Assembly: GCA_963784355.1 (NCBI GenBank)
Contig: CAWAQU010000012.1
Span: 96,001-160,000, forward strand
Reading direction: 5' to 3'
Origin: an uncultured bacterium
Lineage (GTDB): Bacteria; Patescibacteriota; JACMRA01
DNA: 64,000 nt
Part shown: piece after piece, positions 1-10,521 of the stretch
Position numbering within the stretch: position 1 is the first letter of the stretch
How the letters are laid out: each line of letters opens with the position of its first letter
Notes under the pieces: generated by a model
What the model saw: only the letters and a program-made list of their open reading frames with translations
Database searches by the model: none
Told to the model about the DNA's origin: nothing
Position numbers and translations under genes: made by a program

Positions 1-981
1 TTCGATCAAACAAAGCATTTTAAAATCTCCTAAACTCTGCTTTTTAAACTCATATATACCAAAAATCTGCATGGCAACTAAACTTGTAGCTCTTTCAAAA
101 ATTGTGCTTGCGAGCTCGGCCTCATCCTGGTTTTCTGATTCTGTTGAGTGACTAAGCTCTTTTGTCGTATGTAAATTGATTGGAAGACTATTTAATTTAG
201 CCAAAATATTGAAATGTTTAGATAAGTAAGCACCTCCCACTTCTTTCTCCAAATATTGTTTGCCGGGGTTGGTAGATAGGGCATCGATAATTTTCCCGGT
301 GTAGGTTTGCTCAAATTTATCAAAATTTCCGGACTCTACATTTATAAAAATGTTTTCTGACTCAAAAAAACCGAAATTGTATCCAGTACCTACGATCCCG
401 CAAATTATTTCTTCCTTTTTATATTTATCACTGTACTTTGTTCCAGCTATTCCTAGTCCTACAGTGTCATTGCATACTGACACTTGAATTTTGCGTTTTT
501 GGGTTTCAAAGATATATTCCTCCAGCATCAAACCTACAGTGTTGTGAAGCATTCCTACAAATCTATGCTCTTTAGTAGTGGAGATCAAAATACCATCAAT
601 AAAGCCCTGCCTTACAATCGGTTGCATGGGGTAGGCAAAGTTTAGGGAGACTTTAGTGACTTCAGAATGTAGTTGTTTGGCAAAGAGTTCGCAGACCAAT
701 TTTTTACTTTCTAAGTGTGGCAGCCCCTCTTTATACTTACTCAAAATTTCTATATGGCTATTAATGTTTTGTACTAAAGATGATTCAAGGTGAGACCCGC
801 CCATCACGATCACTTGAAAAATCTCTCCTTCTTTTACAAGTCCACCTGCGGGAATCTCATTTCTAGCGTAGGCAAAGCTATTTTTGGATCCGGTACTTGC
901 TTGGGTTAATTCGGCAATAAGATTACTTGAGATTTTTTTTAGTTGGTTCAAATCAAATAATTCAGGTTTTACTTCGAGCAT
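1..981 (-). CDS. Hexokinase-family protein (3' end runs off the window)
   Basis: Absent from the ORF track. Manual translation from ATG 981 gives VIVMGGSH, LNFAYPMQP, TTKEH, VCNDTVG, IVGTGYN, INVESGNF and EKEVGGAYL, matching hexokinase motifs in order. Confidence 0.75.
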   Translation of the reverse strand, partial: MLEVKPELFDLNQLKKISSNLIAELTQASTGSKNSFAYARNEIPAGGLVKEGEIFQVIVMGGSHLESSLVQNINSHIEILSKYKEGLPHLESKKLVCELFAKQLHSEVTKVSLNFAYPMQPIVRQGFIDGILISTTKEHRFVGMLHNTVGLMLEEYIFETQKRKIQVSVCNDTVGLGIAGTKYSDKYKKEEIICGIVGTGYNFGFFESENIFINVESGNFDKFEQTYTGKIIDALSTNPGKQYLEKEVGGAYLSKHFNILAKLNSLPINLHTTKELSHSTESENQDEAELASTIFERATSLVAMQIFGIYEFKKQSLGDFKMLCLIE

Positions 982-1088
982 ACTGCAAGAAAGTCGTTGA
1001 AGTGGCTTGATTTGTCAAGAATTATAGCAATAAGGCCAAGTCTTGTTAATAAGAAAAAAATGTGCTATAATAAGCTCATAACAATCGT

Positions 1089-2327
1089 ATGAAATACAAA
1101 AATAGAGTATCATATAAGCTACTTAGTCATGTTTTAGTACTGACAATGCTGCTTTTCCTGAATTTCTCTACACCTATCCAAACATTAAGCCAGCAGGCTA
1201 TCGCAAAGCCAACTAATGAATTAAGCTCAGATCAAGAAATAGATTCTACAATTTCTAAAATTGATACCAAATTAAGCGATTTAAATGTCGACTTACACGA
1301 TTCTTCCCAATTGAAAAATAATTTGAACGATCAAAAAAAGACTCTACAGAAAAATATAGATGAATTGGAGGGGATGATTGTAGATTCCAGATTGGTTATT
1401 AATAAACTCCAAGCCAGGATAGATAAAGAGCAGAAAGATATTGATAGTTTAGGAGGTGAAATGGGTCAAATGTTGAGAGAGATTGACAAAGAATCCCAGA
1501 CTCCGATGCTTTTAAGATTGCTTTCCAGTCAAAATTTAGGTGAGGCAATCAGTACAGTATACTCCTATAATACAATTCAAAGCAAGGCAGAGACTTTAAG
1601 AGACGATCTTGAGAAAAAGGTTAAAGTGCTTAAAGATAAGAAAGTGGAGCAGGAAGATAGGGTAAAAAAACTTGAATCAGCATATTTTCTATCCAAAAGT
1701 AAGAGAAGTGGGCTCCAAGATCTGATTGATAAGTATGAGGGTAAGGAAAGAGATTATGAAGCAATGGTTAAAAAGCTCAGAGAGGAAAAGCAGGCTCAGG
1801 ATGCTCAAGCTATAAAAAGAGAGAGTGAGAAAAAAGTAGTGAGTACAAGCACTTCCTCTTGCTGGTTTGAAGAAACTACACCACTCGGCATAGGTAAAGA
1901 TGTTTTAGGTAAGCCTGTAGAGGGATCAATTAGTAGAGTGCTTGAAGGTTGTCGACATGATGCAATAGATATAGCCAATAGCATGGGTACGGAATTAAAG
2001 GCTGTATATGAAGGTGCAGTAGTCAAAAAAGGTTATGAAGGTTACGGATATGGTAATTATATTATCATAAAACATGATCTACCAAATGGAAAAAGAGTAT
2101 ACGCTCTCTACGGACATATGAAAGGCCAGTCTTTTCTTAGTTTGGGTGATGCCGTTACAAAAGGACAGACTATAGGATTTATGGGAAACACCGGTAATTC
2201 TACAGGTCCACACTTACATTTTGGAATGATTTCAGAATCCTACGAAAAAACCAATAATGAAGGCTGCAGAAATGGAGGCTCTAATAATAGCTATTGCTAT
2301 AATCCGACTAAATATATTGATTTTTAG
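1089..2327 (+). CDS. Secreted coiled-coil M23 peptidoglycan endopeptidase (EnvC/CwlO-like architecture)
   Basis: N-terminal hydrophobic signal, long coiled coil, M23 motifs HDAID, YGHM, GNSTGPHLHF. Confidence 0.9.
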   Translation: MKYKNRVSYKLLSHVLVLTMLLFLNFSTPIQTLSQQAIAKPTNELSSDQEIDSTISKIDTKLSDLNVDLHDSSQLKNNLNDQKKTLQKNIDELEGMIVDSRLVINKLQARIDKEQKDIDSLGGEMGQMLREIDKESQTPMLLRLLSSQNLGEAISTVYSYNTIQSKAETLRDDLEKKVKVLKDKKVEQEDRVKKLESAYFLSKSKRSGLQDLIDKYEGKERDYEAMVKKLREEKQAQDAQAIKRESEKKVVSTSTSSCWFEETTPLGIGKDVLGKPVEGSISRVLEGCRHDAIDIANSMGTELKAVYEGAVVKKGYEGYGYGNYIIIKHDLPNGKRVYALYGHMKGQSFLSLGDAVTKGQTIGFMGNTGNSTGPHLHFGMISESYEKTNNEGCRNGGSNNSYCYNPTKYIDF

Positions 2328-2570
2328 ATAAATTAATACTTGTAATTAAAATTTTGACTAGAGAGTTTAGAAAGTCCTTTTGGTGTTTATATCTACTATT
2401 TTTCTTGAATTAATATTTTAGAAATCTCATGAAATTAAAAACCTATCATATAAATTGTTGGGAGATTGCAAATACAGATTCCTTTGACAAAATTTAGAAA
2501 ACTCATCTTGTTATATTCTGTTTAATGCCTTGCACGAATGTGTAATTTAGATTAGACTCAATACAGGATT

Positions 2571-3917
2571 ATGCTAAAGAGACTATTTAATCTTAAAAAA
2601 TCAACTTTCCTTTCAATTACCTTTGCTTTTGTAATACTTTTTAACTCAATTATATTTTTAGGTTTTGGAGTCAATTCCGCAACTTATGATCAGCAAAAAA
2701 AAGAGATAGAGACAAAGAAAAGCGATCTAGCCAAAAATTTATCTAAAGCTAATGATGATTTAGAAGATGTAAGCCAATTAAGTAATACTTTATCAGGAGA
2801 AATTACCAGAAAAAATCAAAAAATTGAAGAGTCCAATCAAAACATAGTTAAAATCGATAGTTTGATCACAGAGCTTGATAAGCAAAGTGAGGTTATACAG
2901 AGCCAAAGAGTTGAAACAGTCAATCAAATTAAAAGTGTTTTAGTGGAAATGCAAAAAGAGCCTACTCCTCTACATGCATTTTTATCTAGCCAGAGTTTAG
3001 GAGATGCTTTGAGCAAATTTTACAGTTTTAGTGTATTACAAGAAAAAGCAGACGATTATAGATTAAAACTTGAAGAGACTGAAGCAGAGCTGGAAAAAAA
3101 CAAACAAGATCAGCTAAAAACTAAAGAGCAGCAAGAAATCGCAAAAGGTTTGCTTATTGCAGAAAAAAGTTCTTTGGTTGAATTAAAAACTAAAACTCAA
3201 AATGATGAGGCTAAGTATCAGCAAATGAGAAATTCATTAATTGAGCAAAATAGTAAATTAGAAGCGAAATTAGCTGAAGTAGAATCTTCAAGAAAAAAAG
3301 AAATAGCCGAACAAGAGGCAAGAAGATTACAACAAGAAGAGGAAAATAGGAAAAGAAGAGCGAACGAACGAACAGTTGTGAGTAATCCGGGCGGAGGTTC
3401 AAGTGGAGGCACTGATTCTGATGGTCCGGATGATAATGATACGGGTAGTGCATCTTGTTGGTATGAAGAAGGAAGAGCATTAAATGTACCTAGCGGATAT
3501 TTTGGTTCTCCTGCAAATGGTAGCTTGACTAGAGCATTTAGCGGCTGTTCCCATGACGGTGCTGATATTGCAAATGATACAGGCACTGAATTACATGCTG
3601 TAGCTAGTGGGGTGGTTGTACATAAAGGCTCATATGATGTTTCCGGTTATGGTATTTATGTTGTAGTCAAACATAATCTTCCATCAGGTCAAACAGTATA
3701 TTCACAATACTCACATATGCTTTCTGAGTCACCCAGATCTGTAGGTGAAACTGTCGCTAAAGGTGCAGTAGTAGGTAGAATGGGTTGTACAGGGCTGTGT
3801 TATGGTACTCATGTCCACTTTATGCTGTATTCAGATACATATGGCCAAAATGGTCCGGGATGTAGGTTAGGTTCATCTAAATGCTACAATCCTACCAAAG
3901 TTCCCGGGATCCTGTAA
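2571..3917 (+). CDS. Second coiled-coil M23 peptidase (paralog)
   Basis: Signal/TM segment, coiled coil, Gly/Asp linker, HDGAD, YSHM, GTHVHF. Confidence 0.9.
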   Translation: MLKRLFNLKKSTFLSITFAFVILFNSIIFLGFGVNSATYDQQKKEIETKKSDLAKNLSKANDDLEDVSQLSNTLSGEITRKNQKIEESNQNIVKIDSLITELDKQSEVIQSQRVETVNQIKSVLVEMQKEPTPLHAFLSSQSLGDALSKFYSFSVLQEKADDYRLKLEETEAELEKNKQDQLKTKEQQEIAKGLLIAEKSSLVELKTKTQNDEAKYQQMRNSLIEQNSKLEAKLAEVESSRKKEIAEQEARRLQQEEENRKRRANERTVVSNPGGGSSGGTDSDGPDDNDTGSASCWYEEGRALNVPSGYFGSPANGSLTRAFSGCSHDGADIANDTGTELHAVASGVVVHKGSYDVSGYGIYVVVKHNLPSGQTVYSQYSHMLSESPRSVGETVAKGAVVGRMGCTGLCYGTHVHFMLYSDTYGQNGPGCRLGSSKCYNPTKVPGIL

Positions 3918-3928
3918 TCAATTTGCAA

Positions 3929-4933
3929 ATGAATATCTTCAATAAAATCAGTTCTAAAAATTTGAGCCTACTATTTTTACTTTTTGGCTCATTATTGGCT
4001 TTAGTTCTATATTACCCTATAAGTTTAATTTTTTCAGGAAATGTAAAACTAAATCAGCAAATTGAGCTTTTTAATATAGAGCAAATTTGGTTTTTAGGCG
4101 TTGAGATACCTATTGGAAGTATTAGTGTTCGATTTTATTCGATTTGCATTTTGTTGGGACTCTTGGCAGGCTATTTTTTGACTCTTCATTTAGCCAAAAA
4201 GCATTTTATCGCAAGTACTACAATTGATCGTTTGTTTATAGGGTTGTTACTTGCAGGGTTGGTTGGAGCAAGATTATTTTATGCCCTATTTAGTCTGGAT
4301 AAATTTATTCAAAATCCACTCGAAATTGCGACTGAAATTACCAGGGGGGGCATTGCTATCTACGGCGCGATTATTGCCGGAACTATACAGCTGTATTTTT
4401 ATTCTAAAAAGTATAAATTTAATCTTTTTGAGCTTTTGGATGTTATTGCTCCGGGAGTTTTGATTGGTCAGGTCATAGGTAGATTCGGAAACTTTTTTAA
4501 CTACGAAGCTTATGGCGGGCCTACTTCAGTATACTGGAAAATGTTTGTGCCTCAAACAGCCAATATCTATGAAGACTTCCATCAAAAATACTTTCATCCT
4601 ACATTTCTATACGAGATAATACCAAATTATATTCTATTCTTAATAATTTTGGCCAACTATGATAAATTAACTCATAGGAAATCAGGTTTAGTGTTTGCAA
4701 TTTATGCTATAGGCTATGGCATTATACGTTTTTTTGTTGAGTTTTTCAGATTAGATGCATTGAGAATTAATTTTCCTGAGTATTTCATACCAAAAATAGG
4801 CCCTTTCAGTTTTGAATATATCGCAGTAAGCCAAATATCCTCATTAATTTTGATTTTTGTAGGTACTTATGTAATTCTCAAAAGAAGAAAAACTATATAT
4901 CTCAAAAGAAATATGAATGAAGTAAGCGTTTAA
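3929..4933 (+). CDS. lgt: Prolipoprotein diacylglyceryl transferase
   Basis: GARLFY, GGIAIYG, IGRFGNFFNYEAYG, HPTFLYE, RFFVEFFR. ATG 3929 avoids overlap with the upstream gene. Confidence 0.95.
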   Translation: MNIFNKISSKNLSLLFLLFGSLLALVLYYPISLIFSGNVKLNQQIELFNIEQIWFLGVEIPIGSISVRFYSICILLGLLAGYFLTLHLAKKHFIASTTIDRLFIGLLLAGLVGARLFYALFSLDKFIQNPLEIATEITRGGIAIYGAIIAGTIQLYFYSKKYKFNLFELLDVIAPGVLIGQVIGRFGNFFNYEAYGGPTSVYWKMFVPQTANIYEDFHQKYFHPTFLYEIIPNYILFLIILANYDKLTHRKSGLVFAIYAIGYGIIRFFVEFFRLDALRINFPEYFIPKIGPFSFEYIAVSQISSLILIFVGTYVILKRRKTIYLKRNMNEVSV

Positions 4934-5050
4934 GTTTTACCCTTGTCAAAATACTTTTCCTTGTTTAACCTAAAGTTAATATAGAATTAAAAGCCTAAAA
5001 ATGTTATAATAATGCGGCTAAACATTAAAAACCCTAACACAAGTTTACTT

Positions 5051-5623
5051 ATGTACGAAAAAAAATCAAATAAAGCAAGTATAATTATTGCCGTTGTAGC
5101 AATCGGATTAGTTTTACTGGGAGTTTACTTAATCAGCGAAAGTATAAGCTCTTCAAAAAATAAAAATGACTCTAAAACAGCCCAATCATCTTCAGTAAAA
5201 AGTGAGGCTAAATCAAGTACAGTGAGTAGTACAATAACTACAGCCTCAACAAACAATAATAATAGTACCACCACAACTACAGCTACCGATTCAAACTCTG
5301 CCACAGAAGAAGATGTAACCACATCATCTACAACATCTAGCCAGGCCAGCAGCCCCGCTCCGGCTGAAACCGTAACAACACTAGCTGAAGATGAAGCGAT
5401 TATTAAAGTAACTAAAGTTACGTCCGGCAGCTCTGCAACTAGATATGATATCGAAATAGTTGATACAGGTTTTAAAGATGGAACTAAGCTGAAAAAGGGT
5501 GCTACTACTTATGTAAATGTTAGTGGAGTCACTTTAACTGAAGGTAAAAGCTATAAAATTACCAGCATAACTGAGAAAGACGGAAGAATTGCGATTAATA
5601 ATTTAAAAGCAGTTGAAGCCTAA
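5051..5623 (+). CDS. Membrane-anchored protein with Ser/Thr-rich linker
   Basis: Single N-terminal TM helix, S/T-rich stalk, small beta-rich C-terminal domain. Alternative start at 5012. Confidence 0.7.
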   Translation: MYEKKSNKASIIIAVVAIGLVLLGVYLISESISSSKNKNDSKTAQSSSVKSEAKSSTVSSTITTASTNNNNSTTTTTATDSNSATEEDVTTSSTTSSQASSPAPAETVTTLAEDEAIIKVTKVTSGSSATRYDIEIVDTGFKDGTKLKKGATTYVNVSGVTLTEGKSYKITSITEKDGRIAINNLKAVEA

Positions 5624-5647
5624 GTTTGAAAGACAAAAAACTTTTAC

Positions 5648-6475
5648 ATGTCCGTTTATCCTGAAAATATTGGAATAAGATTACAAAAGGCTAGTTTTAA
5701 CAACGAACAAATTGTTGATTTAAAAAATACTTTGCCGGCAAAATTAATTATAAGTGTGGATGGATTAGCTGGAGTGGGAAAGGGTACTTTGGGAAAAAAT
5801 TTAAGCAAAGTGTTGGAAATCCCCCATCTTCACACGGGTTTACTCTATCGTACCTTTACATACATTTATGAGGATCAAGGTTTTGAGCTTAATAGTGAAA
5901 ATACTGCCAAAGTGGCTGAGTTAGTTGATGCCAAAATTGCCAATAATTCTTTAGAAATGAGTTACAAAGGTGAGGTTTTGCACTATACTGATTTAAACAA
6001 TAAATTCATTGATACAGCTCTGAATAAATATACCTCTAATCTATTACTAAGGCAAAAAGTAGATGAGTGTATGGTGGATATTGTACTGGAGCTAAAATCG
6101 CCATTTGTACTTGATGTAAGAGGTGAATCCAATCCTTACCAAACAATTCCTGAAAAAAACGGTTTTAAAGTAGTCAGACTAATTCTAGAAACTGATTTAG
6201 AAGAAAAAGTTCAGAGAAGATATTTAGATCACATAAAAATTGCTCAAGAAAAGGATCCTAATTTTCATGATACTGAGGAAAATAGACAGAAAGTTTTAAA
6301 ACAGTGTAGGGAGGCAATTGTGATCAGAGACAATCAAGATTTAGAATCAATTAAAAAAACTAATATTGGCCTAATTACACCTGAGTCAGCCATTATTAAC
6401 ACAACAAATCTCAGTATTCATGAGGTATTGGAAACAGCGCTACACTTTATAAAAACTGAGATCAGTAGAAGTTAG
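5648..6475 (+). CDS. cmk: Cytidylate kinase-like protein
   Basis: ISVDGLAGVGKGT P-loop, LHTGLLYR, RDNQD, INTTNLSI. Confidence 0.8.
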   Translation: MSVYPENIGIRLQKASFNNEQIVDLKNTLPAKLIISVDGLAGVGKGTLGKNLSKVLEIPHLHTGLLYRTFTYIYEDQGFELNSENTAKVAELVDAKIANNSLEMSYKGEVLHYTDLNNKFIDTALNKYTSNLLLRQKVDECMVDIVLELKSPFVLDVRGESNPYQTIPEKNGFKVVRLILETDLEEKVQRRYLDHIKIAQEKDPNFHDTEENRQKVLKQCREAIVIRDNQDLESIKKTNIGLITPESAIINTTNLSIHEVLETALHFIKTEISRS

Positions 6476-6528
6476 TTGACAATTTTTCAAAAATCAATCT
6501 AAACTTAAGTATTATTGATAATATAAAC

Positions 6529-6604
6529 GGGCGGTTGGCACAGCTGGTAGCGCGTCTCGTTTACACCGAGAAGGTCAGAGGTTCGAGCCCTCTACCGCCC
6601 ACCA
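6529..6604 (+). tRNA. tRNA-Val(TAC)
   Basis: Acceptor stem GGGCGGT/ACCGCCC, anticodon arm TCTCG-TTTACAC-CGAGA, GGTTCGA T-loop, encoded CCA. Confidence 0.97.
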
Positions 6605-6618
6605 TTGACATCTTTAAC

Positions 6619-6640
6619 AACTCTGCATAGAGTTTTTTTT
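6619..6640 (+). terminator. Intrinsic terminator after tRNA-Val
   Basis: AACTCT-GCAT-AGAGTT followed by a T run. Confidence 0.65.
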
Positions 6641-6685
6641 GTTAAGACTTTTTTAACTACTATATACCTATTAAAATAAATATTT

Positions 6686-7105
6686 ATGTCAGACCTAATG
6701 GAATTAAATGCAACTACATTTGAAGAACTAAAGAAAACAACTGATTTAGTAATAGTCGATTTTTGGGCTACTTGGTGTCCACCTTGTAAAGTAATGGGAC
6801 CAATTTTTGAAGAGTTTGCTACTCAGTCGGAATTTGCTAATTTGAAATTTATAAAATGTGACGTAGACAACAACCCAGAAATCTCAGGATTATTTGACAT
6901 TTCTAGTATTCCTACGTTTGCAGTTATTAAATTTAATGGAAATGGAGGCTATGAATTAGTTGACTCTATTGTAGGGGCGTATGAAAAGGAAGTTTTTCAC
7001 AAAATGATTACTGAAATAGTTGCAAAGTCTAATTCTAAATCAAGTAATGTTTTGAATCTTGATGATGCTAAACCTGAAATCAATGTAAACCCCAAAGCTG
7101 CATAA
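6686..7105 (+). CDS. trxA: Thioredoxin
   Basis: VDFWATWCPPCK active site and SIPT cis-Pro motif. Confidence 0.92.
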   Translation: MSDLMELNATTFEELKKTTDLVIVDFWATWCPPCKVMGPIFEEFATQSEFANLKFIKCDVDNNPEISGLFDISSIPTFAVIKFNGNGGYELVDSIVGAYEKEVFHKMITEIVAKSNSKSSNVLNLDDAKPEINVNPKAA

Positions 7106-7108
7106 TTA

Positions 7109-7363
7109 ATGGAAATAATTTTCGCTATAATAAGCTTTATTTTTCTCTTTTTAGGACTTTGTATTGTAGTCCTTTTATCTTTTACGCTAACTAATATCTT
7201 TACAAAAAGCTATAGTTCAAAAAACGCTACAATAATTATATTATTTTTGCTGGCACTTTTTTTAATAAATGGGTTAATGTTATTTTATAGTTATACACAG
7301 CTAGTTTCAAAGATAAAAGAAAATTCAAGTAGAAACGATGTGGTTGAACTACAAAAATTTTAA
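7109..7363 (+). CDS. Small two-TM membrane protein
   Basis: Two hydrophobic helices; starts 3 nt after the trxA stop. Confidence 0.6.
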   Translation: MEIIFAIISFIFLFLGLCIVVLLSFTLTNIFTKSYSSKNATIIILFLLALFLINGLMLFYSYTQLVSKIKENSSRNDVVELQKF

Positions 7364-7371
7364 GTTAAAAT

Positions 7372-8538
7372 CTAAAATCTCAACTTGGCAGCTATCTCGG
7401 GAGCACTTTCAAATTCAGGCTCAAAAAATATTCTGATATTTCCACCATGTGAAATGACACTGTTAATTAACCATGGACCAATGTTGCTCACTTGTTTTGC
7501 ATTTTCAACTGGTTTGGTAAAAACTAAATCATTATCTAGCACATAACCTTCTTGAATTAAGTCAGGTTTAATAAATAGTGTTTCAATTCTAGCTGATTGA
7601 CTGGCATTGCAGATATCAGACCAGTCAGTAACAAAATGCGTGTATTTCTCTTTTGCTTGATTAAAATAGTCGTTTTTTTCTTTAGATTTTAGTGATTTTA
7701 TCTCGTGGAGTACTTGGTCTTTTATTGAGTCAAATAATTGTAAGTTCTTTTCGATAAATACCACTTTAGCTTTAAATTTATAGTTGTCCAAATGATTTTT
7801 AACTGAGTCTAAAATATGTGTAAAGTTGGTTGAGTGAAAAACTACCATGTAATCGAAATCAATATTAAGACTATCTATCCTGCTGGCGATACCCTCTAAA
7901 AAATGCTTATCCTCTTCTAAAATCCACTGAGTATCTTCTCCAATGTTCCACCAACCTTGCTCTCTTTTATTGTCCATTCTTACCTCACTTTGCACCTCAT
8001 CTACAATGGCATTTTTATTGTCCATAGTAAACATTTCACTCAATTCATTTTGCTCCAAGGATAAAAATCTACAACCATATCTTTGCAATTCCAAGATCAA
8101 AGTAGTTTTATCAAAATTTTGGTTGGCAATTAACTGATCTAAATCAAAATATTTGTCTATTGTACTTTCTTTAACTACGTCTAAATGTAAATTAGCATAT
8201 TTTACATCAGTTTCAGGCTCCAACTCAGGATTTCCTTTAGACTCTTTATCAATTGTAAATTTACAAAATAGAGCAAAGCCTTTCTTATTGTAATCAAAAT
8301 ACTGTCCAAAAGCTGACAATTTATCAGCAAGATTTGTCCTTAAAAATTTGTATTCATCCAAATCAGGTGAGTTTTTCAAACATTCTAAAATTTGAGCTCT
8401 AAACTCTTCTTGTAAATTACCGCTTCGGTCTGGATTGTCACCGTAGGGAAAATAGGCTGTGAAGCAAAAACTTTTTTCGGATAAATCGTTGTATGAGCTT
8501 AAAAGTTTGTTTAGGATTGTGCTATATTCTGTTTTCAT
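7372..8538 (-). CDS. baeRF-family (aeRF1/pelota-like) protein
   Basis: C-terminal L7Ae-like pattern RIETLFI...VISHGGNI...IAAKLRF and N-terminal KGFALF segment, typical of bacterial archaeo-eukaryotic release-factor families. Confidence 0.7.
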   Translation of the reverse strand: MKTEYSTILNKLLSSYNDLSEKSFCFTAYFPYGDNPDRSGNLQEEFRAQILECLKNSPDLDEYKFLRTNLADKLSAFGQYFDYNKKGFALFCKFTIDKESKGNPELEPETDVKYANLHLDVVKESTIDKYFDLDQLIANQNFDKTTLILELQRYGCRFLSLEQNELSEMFTMDNKNAIVDEVQSEVRMDNKREQGWWNIGEDTQWILEEDKHFLEGIASRIDSLNIDFDYMVVFHSTNFTHILDSVKNHLDNYKFKAKVVFIEKNLQLFDSIKDQVLHEIKSLKSKEKNDYFNQAKEKYTHFVTDWSDICNASQSARIETLFIKPDLIQEGYVLDNDLVFTKPVENAKQVSNIGPWLINSVISHGGNIRIFFEPEFESAPEIAAKLRF

Positions 8539-8687
8539 ATGTATTTGTTTATTAAAACACAGATATACAAGACTACATTGAATGTGTCAAGATTTTTTTA
8601 GTTACTGATCCAAAATACCGGCAAAATTATTTATAACAATTTATATAGCAACTTAAACTGCTTTTATAGATTTGTGTGTCAGTTGAT

Positions 8688-9413
8688 TTAGATTTTTCCT
8701 TTATCTTGTGGTCTAACTTTACCTCCACCAACTTGAAAAATTTGATCTACATTTTTAATTGTGTTTAATCTATGGGCTATGATCATTTTAGTCGTAGTTT
8801 TAGGTAAACTGTCTAGAATTTCTTGTAAAATCTGCTCTGTAACGGTATCTAAATTTGCTGTAGCCTCGTCTAAAATCAAAAAACTAGGCTCTCTTAAAAT
8901 GATTCTTAAAAAGTTAATAATTTGCTTTTGACCTAAGCTGATATTTTCACTATTGTTATTTACTTGAGTTTCCAAGCCGTCCGGAAAAACTTTAATTAGA
9001 TTGTATAAATTTTTGGCCTTTAAAATATCTTCAAAATTACCTTTTTCTTCAGCATCAATTTTTTTATCTTCATCAAACATTAGACTGTATTGTTTTAGGG
9101 TAGGGTTACCGTATACAATATTTTCCAAAACTGTCCCACTAAATAAATATGGTTCCTGTAAAATAAACCCGATCTCTTTATAGATATCTTCTTCAGTCCA
9201 CTCTTTTAAATCTTTTTGCTGAAATATAACCTGGCCGCTATCAGGGGAATACAGTCCTGCGATCAAGCTGGCAGTAGTGCTTTTACCTTCTCCAGTTGGG
9301 CCAATAAATGCATAGCTCTTACCTTTTTCCAAACTAAAAGATACATCGTTTAAAACATACTTTTGAGTCTCATTATATCTAAAGCTTACATTTTTAAATT
9401 CTAAAATATTCAT
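8688..9413 (-). CDS. ABC exporter ATPase domain (stand-alone NBD)
   Basis: GPTGEGKST, ISLGQKQ, LILDEATANLD, IAHRL. Confidence 0.92.
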   Translation of the reverse strand: MNILEFKNVSFRYNETQKYVLNDVSFSLEKGKSYAFIGPTGEGKSTTASLIAGLYSPDSGQVIFQQKDLKEWTEEDIYKEIGFILQEPYLFSGTVLENIVYGNPTLKQYSLMFDEDKKIDAEEKGNFEDILKAKNLYNLIKVFPDGLETQVNNNSENISLGQKQIINFLRIILREPSFLILDEATANLDTVTEQILQEILDSLPKTTTKMIIAHRLNTIKNVDQIFQVGGGKVRPQDKGKI

Positions 9414-9414
9414 A

Positions 9415-10410
9415 TTACTTAACTTTTAATAAGGTTTGGATACGGCTCCAAGCTGCTAAAGCCTCCTGCATATTACCCCAGATATTGCCTAGTGTTCTGA
9501 GAGGCTCATAAAATTTTTGAGTATAACTGATAAATCCGATTAAAAGACCAATACTTAAATCACCTTTAGCAAAAAGATATAGCCCAAAGGATAAAACCAA
9601 AACCTGAGCAATGTTACCTGCAAAACTGTATAGTGGATTGAAAAAACCATTTAAAATTTGAGCAAAAGTAGCTTTTTTGAAATTATCTTGATTTAGTCTA
9701 TCAAACGATTGTTCCAGATACTCTCCCTTATTGAAAGCTACTAATGCCTTAAAATTGTTAAGATTTTCGTCCAAAAATGCCGTCATTTCTCCATTTGCTT
9801 TCAAACTGGCTTTGTTTTGAATATTTACTTGGCTTGAAATTAGCTGACTAATTACCACTACAAAAAAAACTGCCACCCAAACTACTGCGGCTAATTGCCA
9901 ATTTAGGAAAAATATAAAAATTCCGATACCTATAAAAGTGAAAAAAGAGGAAACAAACTGAAAAATCGAACCACTTAAAAAGTTATTGAGTTTGTCTGTA
10001 TCACTATTCACACGAGCAATAATATCACCGGCTTTGTTTTGTTGAAAAAAACCGACAGGCAAGTCCTGAAGCTTGGTAAATAAATTTCTTCTAAGCCTGT
10101 AAAGCACTCTTTGTGAAAGTTGTCCTACCAAAATAGTCTGTAAATAACTTACAATAGAAGTAATTATAAACATTACAACCAAGCCAATTAAAATTGCATT
10201 AAGATCTTTTAAATCGTTCCTAGCAATATATTGGTCTAAAGCAATAGACACTAATAAAGGTGTTGCAATATTGGTTCCGGAATTTATCAGTACGGCAAAA
10301 ATTGAAGTGTAAAGCTTGCTCCATTCGTTGGTTAAAAGTTTACTAATTGATTCCCATTTATCATTCCAGGTATCGTTTAACTGAATTTCATTAAGATTGT
10401 ATTTCTGCAT
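9415..10410 (-). CDS. ABC exporter transmembrane domain (stand-alone TMD)
   Basis: Six TM helices, GDIIARVNSD, LSIGLLIGFISY. Confidence 0.9.
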   Translation of the reverse strand: MQKYNLNEIQLNDTWNDKWESISKLLTNEWSKLYTSIFAVLINSGTNIATPLLVSIALDQYIARNDLKDLNAILIGLVVMFIITSIVSYLQTILVGQLSQRVLYRLRRNLFTKLQDLPVGFFQQNKAGDIIARVNSDTDKLNNFLSGSIFQFVSSFFTFIGIGIFIFFLNWQLAAVVWVAVFFVVVISQLISSQVNIQNKASLKANGEMTAFLDENLNNFKALVAFNKGEYLEQSFDRLNQDNFKKATFAQILNGFFNPLYSFAGNIAQVLVLSFGLYLFAKGDLSIGLLIGFISYTQKFYEPLRTLGNIWGNMQEALAAWSRIQTLLKVK

Positions 10411-10521
10411 ATTTTGATTTTTCTGCGGTAATAAGAATGTTTATACAGTAAAACACAAAACAGCTGTTGTCAAAGGTATGGATTTTTGACAATTATATTA
10501 GTATAGGCCATAATGTTACTC

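Noticed and set aside
6605-7400. tRNA-targeted integration site after tRNA-Val (tRNA-Glu also checked)
   Set aside because: No duplicated tRNA 3' end or integrase seen in the window.
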